A stretch of 63,966 nucleotides of DNA, counting the filler. It is 8 parts of 8 records of this genome, joined end to end, with 100 filler letters (N's around TTAATTAATTAA, not from the genome) between each part and the next. Parts side by side here need not be neighbours in the genome. Positions count along the whole stretch, not along the records: positions 5,610 to 13,906 come from SRR20825010_1395; positions 14,007 to 23,701 come from SRR20825010_1398; 6 more parts are not named here. One strand, given 5' to 3'. Below the pieces are notes generated by a model. It searched no databases. It was not told where the DNA came from and saw only the letters and a program-made list of their open reading frames with translations. Below, piece by piece: positions 10,341 through 20,511 of this stretch (position 1 is the stretch's first letter; every line of letters starts with the position of its first letter). Both the position numbers and the translations under genes were made by a program.

Positions 10341-10715
10341 TCAGACCTGAATGGCGTTTTTTATCCATTGTATCCGGTATTTTTTGCGATCGCCCGGTGC
10401 GATTGCGATTACGTCAATTCTTGCGTTCGCATTCCACAGCCCATGCCTGTGGAGGTAAAACGAAGCGGCGCGGATAAGGCGCTTTTGCTTCGTGGGAGTG
10501 ATGGATTCGGCTGCGCCGGTCAGGCTACCGCTTCCGCGGTATCGCACCTCGAAGAAAACCAGCGCATCACTGTCCCGGCCGATGAGGTCAATTTCGCCCC
10601 CGCGACTGAACACATTGCGTGCCAGAATAGTGACGCCTCGCGTCTGAAGGTAGCGCGCGGCAACGCCCTCGGCATGGTCCCCGGTGGCTTTTCGAGTTCT
10701 TGTGCTGCCATCCAT
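10341..10715 (-). CDS. yraN: YraN (UPF0102) family putative endonuclease
   Basis: GEIDLI, LVFFEVRYR, RIDVIAI and WIKNA motifs. Confidence 0.93.
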   Translation of the reverse strand: MDGSTRTRKATGDHAEGVAARYLQTRGVTILARNVFSRGGEIDLIGRDSDALVFFEVRYRGSGSLTGAAESITPTKQKRLIRAASFYLHRHGLWNANARIDVIAIAPGDRKKYRIQWIKNAIQV

Positions 10716-10735
10716 GGCATAAGGTGTCCTGGTTG

Positions 10736-12607
10736 TTAATTTGGATTGGAGGCGCCTTCCATAGCGGGGGCGTCCGATTCTGTTTCTTCAGGTTCCAGTG
10801 ATGGCAATTGTTCTGGCGTTCCTTCGCTGAATCGGGCCCAGAGCTGTTCCCGGTGAATGCTGCCTTGCGGCGTCATGGTCAGTACCCCGGTCTGGCCGTC
10901 TATCGTGGCGCCATCGACCTGCCTCAGTAATGGCAGTCGTTTGCTCAGATTCCAGGCATCGGCCCCCATGGCGAACAGGCGGCCAAGCTGACCCCGGACA
11001 TCAGGCATGGCTTCCTTGACGATGTCGCGAAAGCGGTTTTTCTTTTCAAGAACCCAAGGCGTGTCGGTAAAGGTGACGCCGTTCAGGTCCCGGTCCCTCG
11101 ATGGGTCCGGATTACCTTCGTAGACCATGGAGGGTGAGTAAACGGGCAGATCGCCGCCAAAATAGAAGGCGAATAATGGTTTGAACTGCCGTGCGACGGT
11201 TGGCTCCGCCACCATAACGATGCCGTCGGCATCCTGGCGCCGCCGGGGCTCGAATTCAACGTCAATGCCGGCAGTGCGTTCAACGTCTATGGCCCGATCG
11301 CGGGATACTGTGATGCCAAGCAGGTCGGCAGTGACGGCACGGAGATTGTCCTCGCGGAAATAGCGCTCAATATCCAGGGCGATGCCTCCATTCTCTGCCA
11401 GCTGGTCCAGCAGGGCAGTTTCCAGTCGGTCCCCCCAATTCCCCGTTGGGATCAGCACAAGAATCTGATCGATACCCTCTGCATCAAGACGGTTGGCAAT
11501 TTGTCTGGCTTCATCTTCTGCTGACAGCCCGAACTGGTAGAGTCCGTCAGGAGCTGTAACCTCCCGTGGCAGATAGTTCAGGCCAAGAACCGGCACGGGC
11601 AGAGTCGACATGTCGCCGAGTGCTGCCAGGGACTCTTTTTCCAGGGGGCCGACAATCAGGTCCTGTTCCTCTTTGGTCAGTTCGTCATAAAGCGAACGAA
11701 AGTTCTGATCCGAGGTGTCGACGACTCGAATGCTGATTTTTCCGCGCTCCGCTGAGTCGTCCTCGTAGTAGGCGGCGAAAAAACCATCGCGGATGGCAGC
11801 GCCCGCACTCGACAGTGGGCCGCTGAGCGGCAATGCCAGGGTGATTCTTTCGGGCTGGCTCTCTGCAAGGCTTGCAATCAGTTGCAGTTCAGCCGGTAAG
11901 GCCCCGGCGCCGGGGTGGTCGGGCCAGTTGTTCTGCCAGTTGCGGATCATTCTTCCCTGTTCGTCCAGATTGATGCCCGGCTGCCGGAGAATGCCTGCCA
12001 GTTCAAGCCAGCCCTGGGCTTCATAGCCAATCGCTCGGCCTTTTCTGTCGGCGAGCTGGGTGTCTGAGGTCTGTTTCAGGTTCTTCCAGATGTCGTCATG
12101 GATAGATTGCGTATTGGCGTCTGTGTCCGCTCCGGACAGCAAGATCAGGGTAATGGCCGCCGCAAGGTTGTCTCCGGCAAGCCGATAGGTTTGCTCTTGC
12201 AGTCTTGCGGCGCGGTTAATCAGGTTTCTTTCATAATTAAGGAAATGATCTGGCTCTATGCCAGATACAATGCTTTTCGCCCAATCGCCATCCTCAAGCG
12301 CAGTGGCGCTGGCCATGGCTAGCAGAAGCCGTTGGTTTTCTGTGGCCTCAGTGGTCGGCGAGAATTGCTTGCTTTGAAGCAACTTCCTGGCGGCCCGGTG
12401 TTCGTTTTGACCCTGGAACCTGTCCGCTGCTCTCAACAGGTAAGCCTGTGCGCTTTGTCGGTTGGTTTCGCTGGCAGCGACTTCAAGAGCTTCTCCGGCG
12501 GTTTTGGCAATGTACGATTCCAGGTTCACGCTTGCGCAACCCGCAAACAGCACCGTCGTGGCCAGGAGAATGGTGATGGTTTTCAGGTTCTGGCGGTATT
12601 TGGTCAT
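10736..12607 (-). CDS. lpoA: Penicillin-binding protein activator LpoA/LppC lipoprotein
   Basis: Lipobox FAGC; IALxLPLSG, IRDGF, VGPLEK and RLFAMGADAW motifs. Divergent from rsmI. Confidence 0.93.
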   Translation of the reverse strand: MTKYRQNLKTITILLATTVLFAGCASVNLESYIAKTAGEALEVAASETNRQSAQAYLLRAADRFQGQNEHRAARKLLQSKQFSPTTEATENQRLLLAMASATALEDGDWAKSIVSGIEPDHFLNYERNLINRAARLQEQTYRLAGDNLAAAITLILLSGADTDANTQSIHDDIWKNLKQTSDTQLADRKGRAIGYEAQGWLELAGILRQPGINLDEQGRMIRNWQNNWPDHPGAGALPAELQLIASLAESQPERITLALPLSGPLSSAGAAIRDGFFAAYYEDDSAERGKISIRVVDTSDQNFRSLYDELTKEEQDLIVGPLEKESLAALGDMSTLPVPVLGLNYLPREVTAPDGLYQFGLSAEDEARQIANRLDAEGIDQILVLIPTGNWGDRLETALLDQLAENGGIALDIERYFREDNLRAVTADLLGITVSRDRAIDVERTAGIDVEFEPRRRQDADGIVMVAEPTVARQFKPLFAFYFGGDLPVYSPSMVYEGNPDPSRDRDLNGVTFTDTPWVLEKKNRFRDIVKEAMPDVRGQLGRLFAMGADAWNLSKRLPLLRQVDGATIDGQTGVLTMTPQGSIHREQLWARFSEGTPEQLPSLEPEETESDAPAMEGASNPN

Positions 12608-12793
12608 GGCTGGCTCACAATACTCCGGGTTATTACGCTTGTGGCGCCGGGTAATCGGCGGCATCATGCCGGGAGCCCTGGTGCCCGCCGGGCTTCCCAT
12701 TAATGGTTTGATTTATCAGGCCGCAAGTTTAACAGCTCCCGCGTGAATTCACATGACGTTGGTGTCATGCGCAGGGGGCAAAGAGAGGGATGT

Positions 12794-13657
12794 GTGAACT
12801 CAGAAAGCGAGCCGCCGGAACAGGCTGGCACCCTGTATATCGTTGCCACACCAATTGGCAACCTGGACGATCTGTCTCCCAGGGCCGCGGCAGTTTTGTC
12901 GCGGGTGGACGTGATTGCCGCCGAGGATACACGGCACAGTGGCCGGCTATTGCAGCACCTGGGTATCAGCAAGCCAATGATGGCCTTACACGAACACAAT
13001 GAGCGAGACAGGGCTGGCCAAGTTCTGGACAAGCTTGCGGCCTGCCAGGATGTGGCTCTGATTTCCGATGCGGGGACGCCGTTGATCTCTGATCCGGGCT
13101 TTGTGCTGGTAAGGGAGGCTCGGGCTCGGGGTTATCGGGTTACTCCGGTGCCTGGTGCCTGTGCGCTCATTTCGGCGTTGAGCGCGGCAGGGCTGCCGAC
13201 GGATCGGTTTTTGTTCGAGGGTTTTCTGCCCTCCAAGTCCGGAGCGCGCAAGGCTGCCCTGGACCGCCTGGCGAGGGAATCCGCCACATTGGTGTTTTAC
13301 GAGTCGCCCCACCGTATTGTCGATACGGTGGGGGATATTGCGGAGGTGATGGGAGCAGAGCGAGAGCTCGTGCTGGCCCGGGAGCTGACCAAAACGTTCG
13401 AGACTTTCTATGCAGGGGCGGCGGCCCATGTCAGGCAAACTCTGGAGGCGGACCCCCATGGCAGTCGTGGCGAATTCGTGGTGATGGTGCGTGGCGCGAG
13501 CGCAGAGGAGTTGTCAGTGGGGGCGGCAGAGGCGGACCGGGTGTTGGCGTTGCTGCTGACAGAGTTGCCGGTCAAAAAGGCGGCGAAGCTGGCATCGGAG
13601 TTAACCGGAATCTCCAAGAATGAGCTGTATCAGCGAGCGTTGTCTCTGAAGGCCTGA
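12794..13657 (+). CDS. rsmI: 16S rRNA C1402 2'-O-methyltransferase
   Basis: LYIVATPIGNL, AAEDTR, SDAGTPLISDPG, YESPHR and RELTKTFE. Confidence 0.96.
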   Translation: MNSESEPPEQAGTLYIVATPIGNLDDLSPRAAAVLSRVDVIAAEDTRHSGRLLQHLGISKPMMALHEHNERDRAGQVLDKLAACQDVALISDAGTPLISDPGFVLVREARARGYRVTPVPGACALISALSAAGLPTDRFLFEGFLPSKSGARKAALDRLARESATLVFYESPHRIVDTVGDIAEVMGAERELVLARELTKTFETFYAGAAAHVRQTLEADPHGSRGEFVVMVRGASAEELSVGAAEADRVLALLLTELPVKKAAKLASELTGISKNELYQRALSLKA

Positions 13658-13722
13658 TCTCAGGAAGTCACTGGTTCGCGGTTTTTCTTGCCTGCCGCTG
13701 CAGGCTGGAGTATGGTCTCGCC

Positions 13723-13906
13723 CGAGCTCGCCAGACAGTCGCCGCCGGTTTTACCGGGGGAGGAAAGTCCGGGCTCCACAGGGCAAGGTGCCAGGTAACG
13801 CCTGGGCGGCGCGAGCCGACGGAAAGTGCAACAGAAAGTATACCGCCTAAGTGGCCGTGACATGTTCGCGGGCACCGGTAAGGGTGAAACGGTGCGGTAA
13901 GAGCGC
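13723..13906 (+). ncRNA. rnpB: RNase P RNA class A, 5' part (cut at gap)
   Basis: Conserved GAGGAAAGTCCGGGCTCC, GGAAAGTGCAACAGA and GGTAAGGGTGAAACGGTGCGGTAAGAGC; directly follows rsmI. The 5' end is approximate. Confidence 0.96.
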
Positions 13907-14006
13907 NNNNNNNNNNNNNNNNNNNNNNNNNNNNNNNNNNNNNNNNNNNNTTAATTAATTAANNNNNNNNNNNNNNNNNNNNNNNNNNNNNNNNNNNNNN
14001 NNNNNN
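13907..14006. other. Artificial contig linker
   Basis: 44 N + TTAATTAATTAA + 44 N. Confidence 0.99.
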
Positions 14007-14737
14007 TTTCCCGATCCATCATACTGCCCGCAGGTCATCATCAGGGCATTGATACGCCGCGCCCTATGCGATGAGATCATCGCTGGAGCCCCCGGTATCA
14101 TAGCCAACATCCGACCCGACCGCGCCAACTGGTGGCAGGTCATCTCAATAGCGCATTGATGGGCGTAGGTGCCCAGAACCATTTCTGGCGGACATCTCAG
14201 ATTGTCGTGAGATTTCAGGTAGTAGAGCAAGGACGTATTGCGACTCGCCGTGGCCTTTTCTGACTCTGCCACCGCCTTGTCGATATGGATGTCGTCATCC
14301 TCTGCCGCCGCTCGCACCAGATACATGATCTCTGACAGTGCCTGACGCGGCTCACGTCCGCCCAGCAGCGCATCGGTCGTCACCAAGGCCCCCGCATTGA
14401 TGAACGGATTACGCGGCCGCCCCTGTTCCTGCTCCAGCAGAAAGATGCTGTCAAAGGCGGTGCCAGACGGCTCGCGCCCGACCCGCCGCCAAAGGTCATC
14501 GCCCAGACGGCCCAGCACGGCGGCCAATGAGAACACCTTTGAGATACTCTGGATCGAAAAGGGCACGTCCGCGTCCCCAGCCCCGATCTCTTGCCCATCG
14601 GCCAGACAGACCGCAACACCCACCTGCTCTGGGTCCACCTTGGCCAGTTCCGGGATGTAGTCCGCAGGCGCACCCCAGTCCTGCGCTGTTCGCGCCTCAG
14701 CCACCAGACGCCGTAGTTCCTCTGCCAGCCCCTGCAC
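14007..14737 (-). CDS. glsA: Glutaminase, partial (3' end in gap)
   Basis: ADYIPELA, FSIQSISK, VGREPSG, PRNPFINAGA and ALMMTCGQYDGSG. Confidence 0.93.
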
Positions 14738-14739
14738 CG

Positions 14740-15513
14740 CTATTCCGCCATGAAGCGTTTCATGACCACCGCCTCCTGATCTTCCATCAGGCGGCGAGCC
14801 ATTTGCATGTGTTCGCGCATGATTGCGCGCGCGGCCTCGGCATCACCGTCACGCAGCGCGGACACCAGACCTGCCTGATGATCACGTCCTTGCTTCCACA
14901 ACTCATGGTTCGGTTTGGAATACAGGCGTTTGTAGACTGTCAAATCCGCAAGAATCTGCGCCATGAAACCGATGACGAAGCCCAACAACGCATTGTCCGC
15001 AAACTCTGCCAACCGCGCATGAAATTTCAGTGAGGCAACATGTTGGGCGCGTTCTTCTTCGGCATCAGCGGCGGGGGCAGCATAGGCGGTCATAATCTGG
15101 TCCAGTTCCGCCAGTTGGTCCACGCTCAGCCGCCCGGCCAATGATGCGGCGAGGTCGGGTTCCAACGCGATGCGCACCTGATAGATGTCATCAATGGAAA
15201 TATTTCGGAAGTAGAAGTAGTTGCCCAGCAACGCATGGGCGCGGTCCTTGCCGACCTCACCGACAAAGCTGCCGCCGCCCGGCCCGGTCTTGGTCACCAC
15301 CAACCCTTGCGCCTGCAACAGGCGCATCGCTTCGCGGATTGTCCCTTTGGACATGGCGAACCGGGCGATCAGATCGGCCTCACCGGGCAATCGGTCGCCG
15401 GGCTGTAACCCACGCTCCACCACCCAGTCCTTGATCGCGTCCGCCACCAGAACGGGGCGCGACCGGCGGGCACGGCCCTGTGTCAGGGGCCCCGGGCCCT
15501 TGAGATTCGTCAT
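14740..15513 (-). CDS. GntR/FadR-family regulator with FCD domain
   Basis: wHTH LQPGDRLPGEADL...SKGTIREAMRLL...GPGGGSFV plus an FCD domain with FH and H residues. ATG at 15513 chosen. Confidence 0.9.
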   Translation of the reverse strand: MTNLKGPGPLTQGRARRSRPVLVADAIKDWVVERGLQPGDRLPGEADLIARFAMSKGTIREAMRLLQAQGLVVTKTGPGGGSFVGEVGKDRAHALLGNYFYFRNISIDDIYQVRIALEPDLAASLAGRLSVDQLAELDQIMTAYAAPAADAEEERAQHVASLKFHARLAEFADNALLGFVIGFMAQILADLTVYKRLYSKPNHELWKQGRDHQAGLVSALRDGDAEAARAIMREHMQMARRLMEDQEAVVMKRFMAE

Positions 15514-15551
15514 GAGAAACTGCGGTGTGTCGGCATCCCACCGATGCAACC

Positions 15552-15569
15552 AATTCATCATGATCAATT
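15552..15569. promoter_or_regulatory. Candidate GntR autoregulatory operator AATTCATCATGATCAATT
   Basis: 16 of 18 positions palindromic, about 40 nt upstream of the GntR start. Assignment to GntR is inference. Confidence 0.5.
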
Positions 15570-16123
15570 CAAGAGGCAATGCGCAGATCGGCACTGACCA
15601 TGGGGGTTTTGGACACATAAACCGTTTCGCACCCACAAACTCAAGGCGAAGGACCACCTGCAAAGGCTCCACCGTTCTTGGCAAGGAAGGAACAGATTGG
15701 CAATAAAACGGCGGATATTGACGTACGGCTATCATAGCCGCCGCCAACCCAACGACATCCCGATCTGACAGGTAAGGCCTGCCCCGTCACCTAAAGCTGA
15801 GGCGTTTCACATCAAAAATGACCTGTCGAGACATTTGACCTGACGCCTACCGCTGGCATCTTGCCAGCAGCCCTTTGCAACTGAACACCCCGAGGACAGA
15901 AGTGAGGACCGCTGAGATCAAAACCCTCGACTGTGTGCATCACCCTTGGGATCGACCATGGTAAGCAGCGGAACCGACAATTCTGCGATCGTCTGCGGAT
16001 GGTCGTCGATCCAACATGAGGACGTAATGCTGACCGCGTGCAAATGGCTGAAACAATCTGTCGCCTTGCCGCAAAACGACTTGCCGGTCGCCCCGGCTGA
16101 CTTGAAACCACAGGACATCTGAG

Positions 16124-16897
16124 ATGAGCTTTCAACTTGCGGCATGCGCCGAAATGCTTTGGCAGGACAAACCCATCGCCTGGCGCGCCGCGCGTCTGCA
16201 CGAAATGGGCTTTGGCGTCGGCCTTTGGAACTGGCCTGAATGGGATCTGGACGCGCTGGAAAAGACCGGCGCGCATTTCACCATCATGAACGGATATCTG
16301 GAGGGGCGGTTGGCAGATGCCGAGGGCGCCGACCTGTTGCTGACATCCGCGCGTGAGACGGCGCAAGTGGGCAAACGGCTGGGCGTTGACCGGCTGAACC
16401 TGCACGGCACCGGGCTGGGCGACATGGGTCTTCCGGTTCAGCACAGGGACCACGTTGCGCCCGGCATGTGGCTGCGCGCGCGTGACACTCTGCACCGGAT
16501 CTGCGATATGGCCGAGGAAGAGGGCGTGACTTTTACTCTCGAAAACCTCAACCTGCGGGAACATCCCGGCTGTCCGTTTAACACAACAGGTGACGTGTTA
16601 TCGCTGGTCTCGACCGTCAACCGGCCGCAGCTGCGGATCAACCTTGATCTTTACCATACACAGATCGGCGAAGGCGACGTGATCCGCTGGGCCGAGGCCT
16701 GCCTGCCGTGGATCGGTGAGGTGCAGGTCGCCGACAACCCCGGCCGGTTCGAGCCGGGCACCGGAGAGATGAACTGGCCGGTTATTGCCCGTGCCCTGCA
16801 CGATATGGGCTATGATGGACCGGTCGGTTTCGAAGGCTATGCCAAGGGCGATCCCGAAACGGCACTGGAGGCGTTTCGCGTTGCCTTTGCGGTTTGA
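16124..16897 (+). CDS. TIM-barrel sugar isomerase/epimerase (hydroxypyruvate isomerase, AP_endonuc_2 family)
   Basis: TLENLN, NLDLYHTQIGEG, VQVADNPGRFEPGTGE and VGFE motifs. Confidence 0.85.
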   Translation: MSFQLAACAEMLWQDKPIAWRAARLHEMGFGVGLWNWPEWDLDALEKTGAHFTIMNGYLEGRLADAEGADLLLTSARETAQVGKRLGVDRLNLHGTGLGDMGLPVQHRDHVAPGMWLRARDTLHRICDMAEEEGVTFTLENLNLREHPGCPFNTTGDVLSLVSTVNRPQLRINLDLYHTQIGEGDVIRWAEACLPWIGEVQVADNPGRFEPGTGEMNWPVIARALHDMGYDGPVGFEGYAKGDPETALEAFRVAFAV

Positions 16898-16939
16898 CAC
16901 ACACACAGCCCGGGATGCCTGAACGCCTCCGCTTGGCCC

Positions 16940-17536
16940 TTACAACCCATGCAACCCCTTGAGTGCTAGGTTGGTGACAAGCTGCGCGTAGTCTTCACGC
17001 GCCTCGCTGCCCGCGCCAGAATTCCACATGTAGTACCAGTTCAGCATCCCGAATACTGACATGGTAACAGAGCGCAGTTTGCGCGCATCACGGCCCAGAT
17101 CGTCTGGCGACACCTCCGCCAGAATGCCAGACAGGTGGGCCACCATGTCGCGCTGATAGGCGCGCAACACCTTTTGTTTGTCCTCCGGCAGCGCATCCAG
17201 CGCCGAGACCTGCACCCTATGATGGTCATCCGCCCCCTGATAGGCCCGCAACACGGCGCGCACGGTCTGCAACAGCCGGTCCTCTGGCGTGGTTCCCGCC
17301 TCTGGCGGGGCGCAGACCCGGTTGCGCAGCTCGGACAGGTAGTTGTCCAGCAGGTCAAAGAGCATCGCGTCCTTGCCGGCGTAATAGTGATAGATATTGG
17401 CCTTGGAGATGCCGCAGGCAGCGGCGATCTGGTTCATCGAGGCGCGGTCATAGCCTTCGACAGCAAAGACATGCGCCGCCGTGTTCAGGATCTGCGCGCG
17501 CTTTTCGTCGTGGTCCTTGGCGATGGGGCGTGCCAC
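16940..17536 (-). CDS. TetR-family regulator (PaaR-like) at the end of the paa cluster
   Basis: N-terminal TetR HTH (ILNTAAHVFA...SKANIYHYY); GTG start at 17536. Confidence 0.85.
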   Translation of the reverse strand: MARPIAKDHDEKRAQILNTAAHVFAVEGYDRASMNQIAAACGISKANIYHYYAGKDAMLFDLLDNYLSELRNRVCAPPEAGTTPEDRLLQTVRAVLRAYQGADDHHRVQVSALDALPEDKQKVLRAYQRDMVAHLSGILAEVSPDDLGRDARKLRSVTMSVFGMLNWYYMWNSGAGSEAREDYAQLVTNLALKGLHGL

Positions 17537-17590
17537 GGTGTCTCCTCGCTGCCTGCCCCGGCGCGATCCCGCGGCTTTGAGCACAAATTA

Positions 17591-17608
17591 ACTGACCGAT
17601 TGGTCAGT
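17591..17608. promoter_or_regulatory. Inverted repeat ACTGACC-GATT-GGTCAGT, candidate PaaR/TetR operator
   Basis: Perfect 7-bp arms directly upstream of the TetR gene; resembles described PaaR-type boxes. Confidence 0.7.
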
Positions 17609-17636
17609 GACAACACGACAAGCCAACCCGCCCGAC

Positions 17637-18407
17637 TTATGTGACCTGCGCCAATGTCTCGGGCGTGGGGCGGGCCAGCCGGCAAAGTAACCTGTTCATC
17701 CGCGCGCGGCAGTCCGGACCGGCCCAAGTGTCGGGCAAAACGAAATCCGGCAGGTCCGGTGCCTTCAGGACGATGCGGCGCCAACTGTGGACAACCAGCA
17801 CCCGCAAGGCCGCTGTCTGCATCGGATCAAGAAAATCTGCACGGTTCAGCACGTCTTCTAGCCGTCCCAGCCTCGCCGCCAAGTCTGCTGACAGTGCCAC
17901 TGTGGCCCCGTCACAGGTTTTCGCCCGTATCCAACATGGCAACGGCTGTGAGGCGCTCAGCGGTGTGACAAAGGTCTCGGCCCCTTGCGGCGAACGCGCC
18001 GTCAGCACCGCGTGGGGCGTGACCCAGACGTCCTTGTCCGACCAGACCAGAGGCGACAACGGATCAGTTAGCACGAGGAACGCCGTCTCGGATGGCGGGT
18101 CCACCGCGTAGATGCGGGGGCTGGCCGCCACCGTCTGCGCCCGCCCCTCCGCCGTCAGCCGGTACAGGCTGCTGCGGCCCTGTCGGGTGCTGTCGATCCA
18201 GCCGTCCTTGCGCAGCCGGTGCAGGGCAACGCGCATGGCCTCTGGCCGAATGCCGATGCGCGTGGTGATTTCCCCCAGAACCGCGGCAGGGATGGCCGCG
18301 CCGTCGCGGGCCAGATCGCCAAAGACAGTGACAAGCAGTGACCAGACGCGCGGGGACACATCCCCCCGCAAATCGGCCACCGCCGCCGCAAACGTCTCTA
18401 CCTCCAT
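17637..18407 (-). CDS. paaX: PaaX-family transcriptional regulator
   Basis: SLLVTVFGD, RVALHRLRKDGWI and LVVHSWRRIVL...LPDTW. Confidence 0.85.
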   Translation of the reverse strand: MEVETFAAAVADLRGDVSPRVWSLLVTVFGDLARDGAAIPAAVLGEITTRIGIRPEAMRVALHRLRKDGWIDSTRQGRSSLYRLTAEGRAQTVAASPRIYAVDPPSETAFLVLTDPLSPLVWSDKDVWVTPHAVLTARSPQGAETFVTPLSASQPLPCWIRAKTCDGATVALSADLAARLGRLEDVLNRADFLDPMQTAALRVLVVHSWRRIVLKAPDLPDFVLPDTWAGPDCRARMNRLLCRLARPTPETLAQVT

Positions 18408-18423
18408 CGTCCTCCGTCCGCGC

Positions 18424-20460
18424 TCAGGCGCTGTAGGCGTTCATGGTCAGCAGTTCGTATTCTGCCACCGCCTCGCCGGCCTGATTGGTCAGCGTCACAT
18501 GCCAACGCACTTCGCCGTATTCATCTGTCCGACGAGTCTTTTGCTTGACGGACAATCGTACGTTCAGCGCGTCGCCCGCCACGACCGGTTTCATGAAACG
18601 TAGCCCGTCAAGGCCGGTATTGGCCAGCACGGGCCCTTCATTCGGCTCGACAAACATGCCCGCCGCAAAGCTGAGCAGCAGGTAACCATGCGCCACACGT
18701 CCGGGAAAAAACGGGTTCCGCGCGGCGGCCTCATCGTTCATGTGGGCGTAGAACGTGTCGCCGGTGAATTCGGCGAAGTGTTCGATGTCGTCCAGCGTGA
18801 TGACGCGCGGACCGGCCTTCAGCGTCTCACCAATCTCGAGATCATCAAAGCCACGGGTGAAAGGATGCGCTTGCGCCGCAATCTCGGGCGCGCCGGGGAT
18901 CCAGCGGCCACCGATGGCGGCCAGCATCTCGGGGCTCCCCTGAACAGAGGTTCGCTGCATGTAATGCATCACGCCGCGCACACCGCCCATTTCCTCGCCC
19001 CCGCCCGCACGACCGGGGCCGCCGTGGACCAGATGCGGCAGCGGCGATCCGTGGCCGGTACTTTCCTTCATGCTGGTGCGATCGTTGATGTAGATCCGAC
19101 CGTGGAACGCGCCTGCGCCCAGCGCGACCTCACGCGCGACCGCTGGGTCATGGGTGATGACCGATGCCACCAGCGACCCGCCGCCGCGATTTGCCAGCTG
19201 CACGGCATGGTCGATGTCGCGATAGCCAAGGATAGTGGACACGGGGCCGAACGCCTCTGTGTCATGCACTCGTTGCGCACCATCCGGGTCGACACAGTGA
19301 TACAACATCGGCGGCAGAAACGCGCCTTTGCCGCCGTCGGCCCCGACCACGTCAAAGCTGTCTGGATCGCCATAGACACGCTCTGCCTCTGCGCCGATCA
19401 GCGCGGCCTTGGCCAGCACGTCGCGTTTCTGGCTGTTCGACACCAGCGCCCCCATGCGAGTCGCCTCATTGCGCGGGTCGCCGATCAAGGTCTTTGACAA
19501 ACGGTCTGACAATGCCTCGATCAACGCCGGGACTTGCGCGTCGGGCGCGATGATCCGCCGGATCGCGGTGCATTTCTGCCCCGCCTTGGCGGTCATCTCG
19601 CGGTGGACCTCTTTGACGAAGAGGTCGAACTCGGGCGTGCCGGGCGTCGCATCCGGCCCAAGGATCGAGGCGTTCAGGCTGTCCTGTTCGGCGACAAACC
19701 GGATCGAGTTGCGCAGAATATGTGGCGCAGAGCGCAGCTTGAACGCTGTATCGGCTGAGCCAGTAAAGCTGACAACATCCTGACAGGTCAGCCGGTCCAG
19801 CATGTCGCCCAATCCGCCCGAAACCAGTTGCAGTGCACCCGCAGGCAGGATGCCGCTGTCCAGCATCAGCCGCACCGCCAATTCGGTAACATAACAAGTT
19901 GCCGTTGCCGGTTTGACGATGGCCGGCACTCCGGCCAGGAGGGTCGGCGCCAGTTTCTCCAACATCCCCCAGACGGGAAAGTTGAAAGCGTTGATATGGA
20001 CAGCAATCCCCTGCAACGGCGTGCAGATATGATGACCGACAAACTGTCCCGAACGGGACAATTGTTCGACCTCACCGTCCAGATAGACATGCCCGTCCGG
20101 CAGTTCGCGCCGCCCCTTGGAGGCAAAGACAAACATCGTGCCGATGCCGCCGTCGATGTCGATCAGGTGGTCCTTGGCCGTGGCCCCGGTGTTGAACGAC
20201 AGGTCATACAGCGCCTGTTTGTGCTGACCCAAATGCTGCGCCAACGCCTTGAGCATCTTGGCCCGCTCGTGAAACGTCATCGCCCGCAAAGCCGGTCCGC
20301 CGGTGGTCCGCGCGTAGTCCAGCATGGCGACCACGTCGAGCGCGTCATTGCCCGCTTGCGCCATCACCGCGCCTGTCACCGCATTTTCGATCTCACGCGC
20401 GCCGGAACCGGGCGCAACCCATTGGCCAGCCGCGAAACTATTGATCTGTAGAAGGCTCAT
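18424..20460 (-). CDS. paaZ: Bifunctional oxepin-CoA hydrolase/aldehyde dehydrogenase PaaZ
   Basis: ALDH domain ([27 protein letters not shown]) followed by a MaoC hot-dog domain (GDTFYAH, VAHGY). Confidence 0.96.
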   Translation of the reverse strand: MSLLQINSFAAGQWVAPGSGAREIENAVTGAVMAQAGNDALDVVAMLDYARTTGGPALRAMTFHERAKMLKALAQHLGQHKQALYDLSFNTGATAKDHLIDIDGGIGTMFVFASKGRRELPDGHVYLDGEVEQLSRSGQFVGHHICTPLQGIAVHINAFNFPVWGMLEKLAPTLLAGVPAIVKPATATCYVTELAVRLMLDSGILPAGALQLVSGGLGDMLDRLTCQDVVSFTGSADTAFKLRSAPHILRNSIRFVAEQDSLNASILGPDATPGTPEFDLFVKEVHREMTAKAGQKCTAIRRIIAPDAQVPALIEALSDRLSKTLIGDPRNEATRMGALVSNSQKRDVLAKAALIGAEAERVYGDPDSFDVVGADGGKGAFLPPMLYHCVDPDGAQRVHDTEAFGPVSTILGYRDIDHAVQLANRGGGSLVASVITHDPAVAREVALGAGAFHGRIYINDRTSMKESTGHGSPLPHLVHGGPGRAGGGEEMGGVRGVMHYMQRTSVQGSPEMLAAIGGRWIPGAPEIAAQAHPFTRGFDDLEIGETLKAGPRVITLDDIEHFAEFTGDTFYAHMNDEAAARNPFFPGRVAHGYLLLSFAAGMFVEPNEGPVLANTGLDGLRFMKPVVAGDALNVRLSVKQKTRRTDEYGEVRWHVTLTNQAGEAVAEYELLTMNAYSA

Positions 20461-20511
20461 CCTTCCCCCCTGTGCTGCCAGCCTTGGCCGGTCATTGTCT
20501 GCTGTGTGTGT

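Noticed and set aside
15514-16123. About 600-bp intergenic stretch as a possible pseudogene or sRNA
   Set aside because: Only short motif-less ORFs and one small hairpin (CGGCTAT-C-ATAGCCG); no homology I can recognise.
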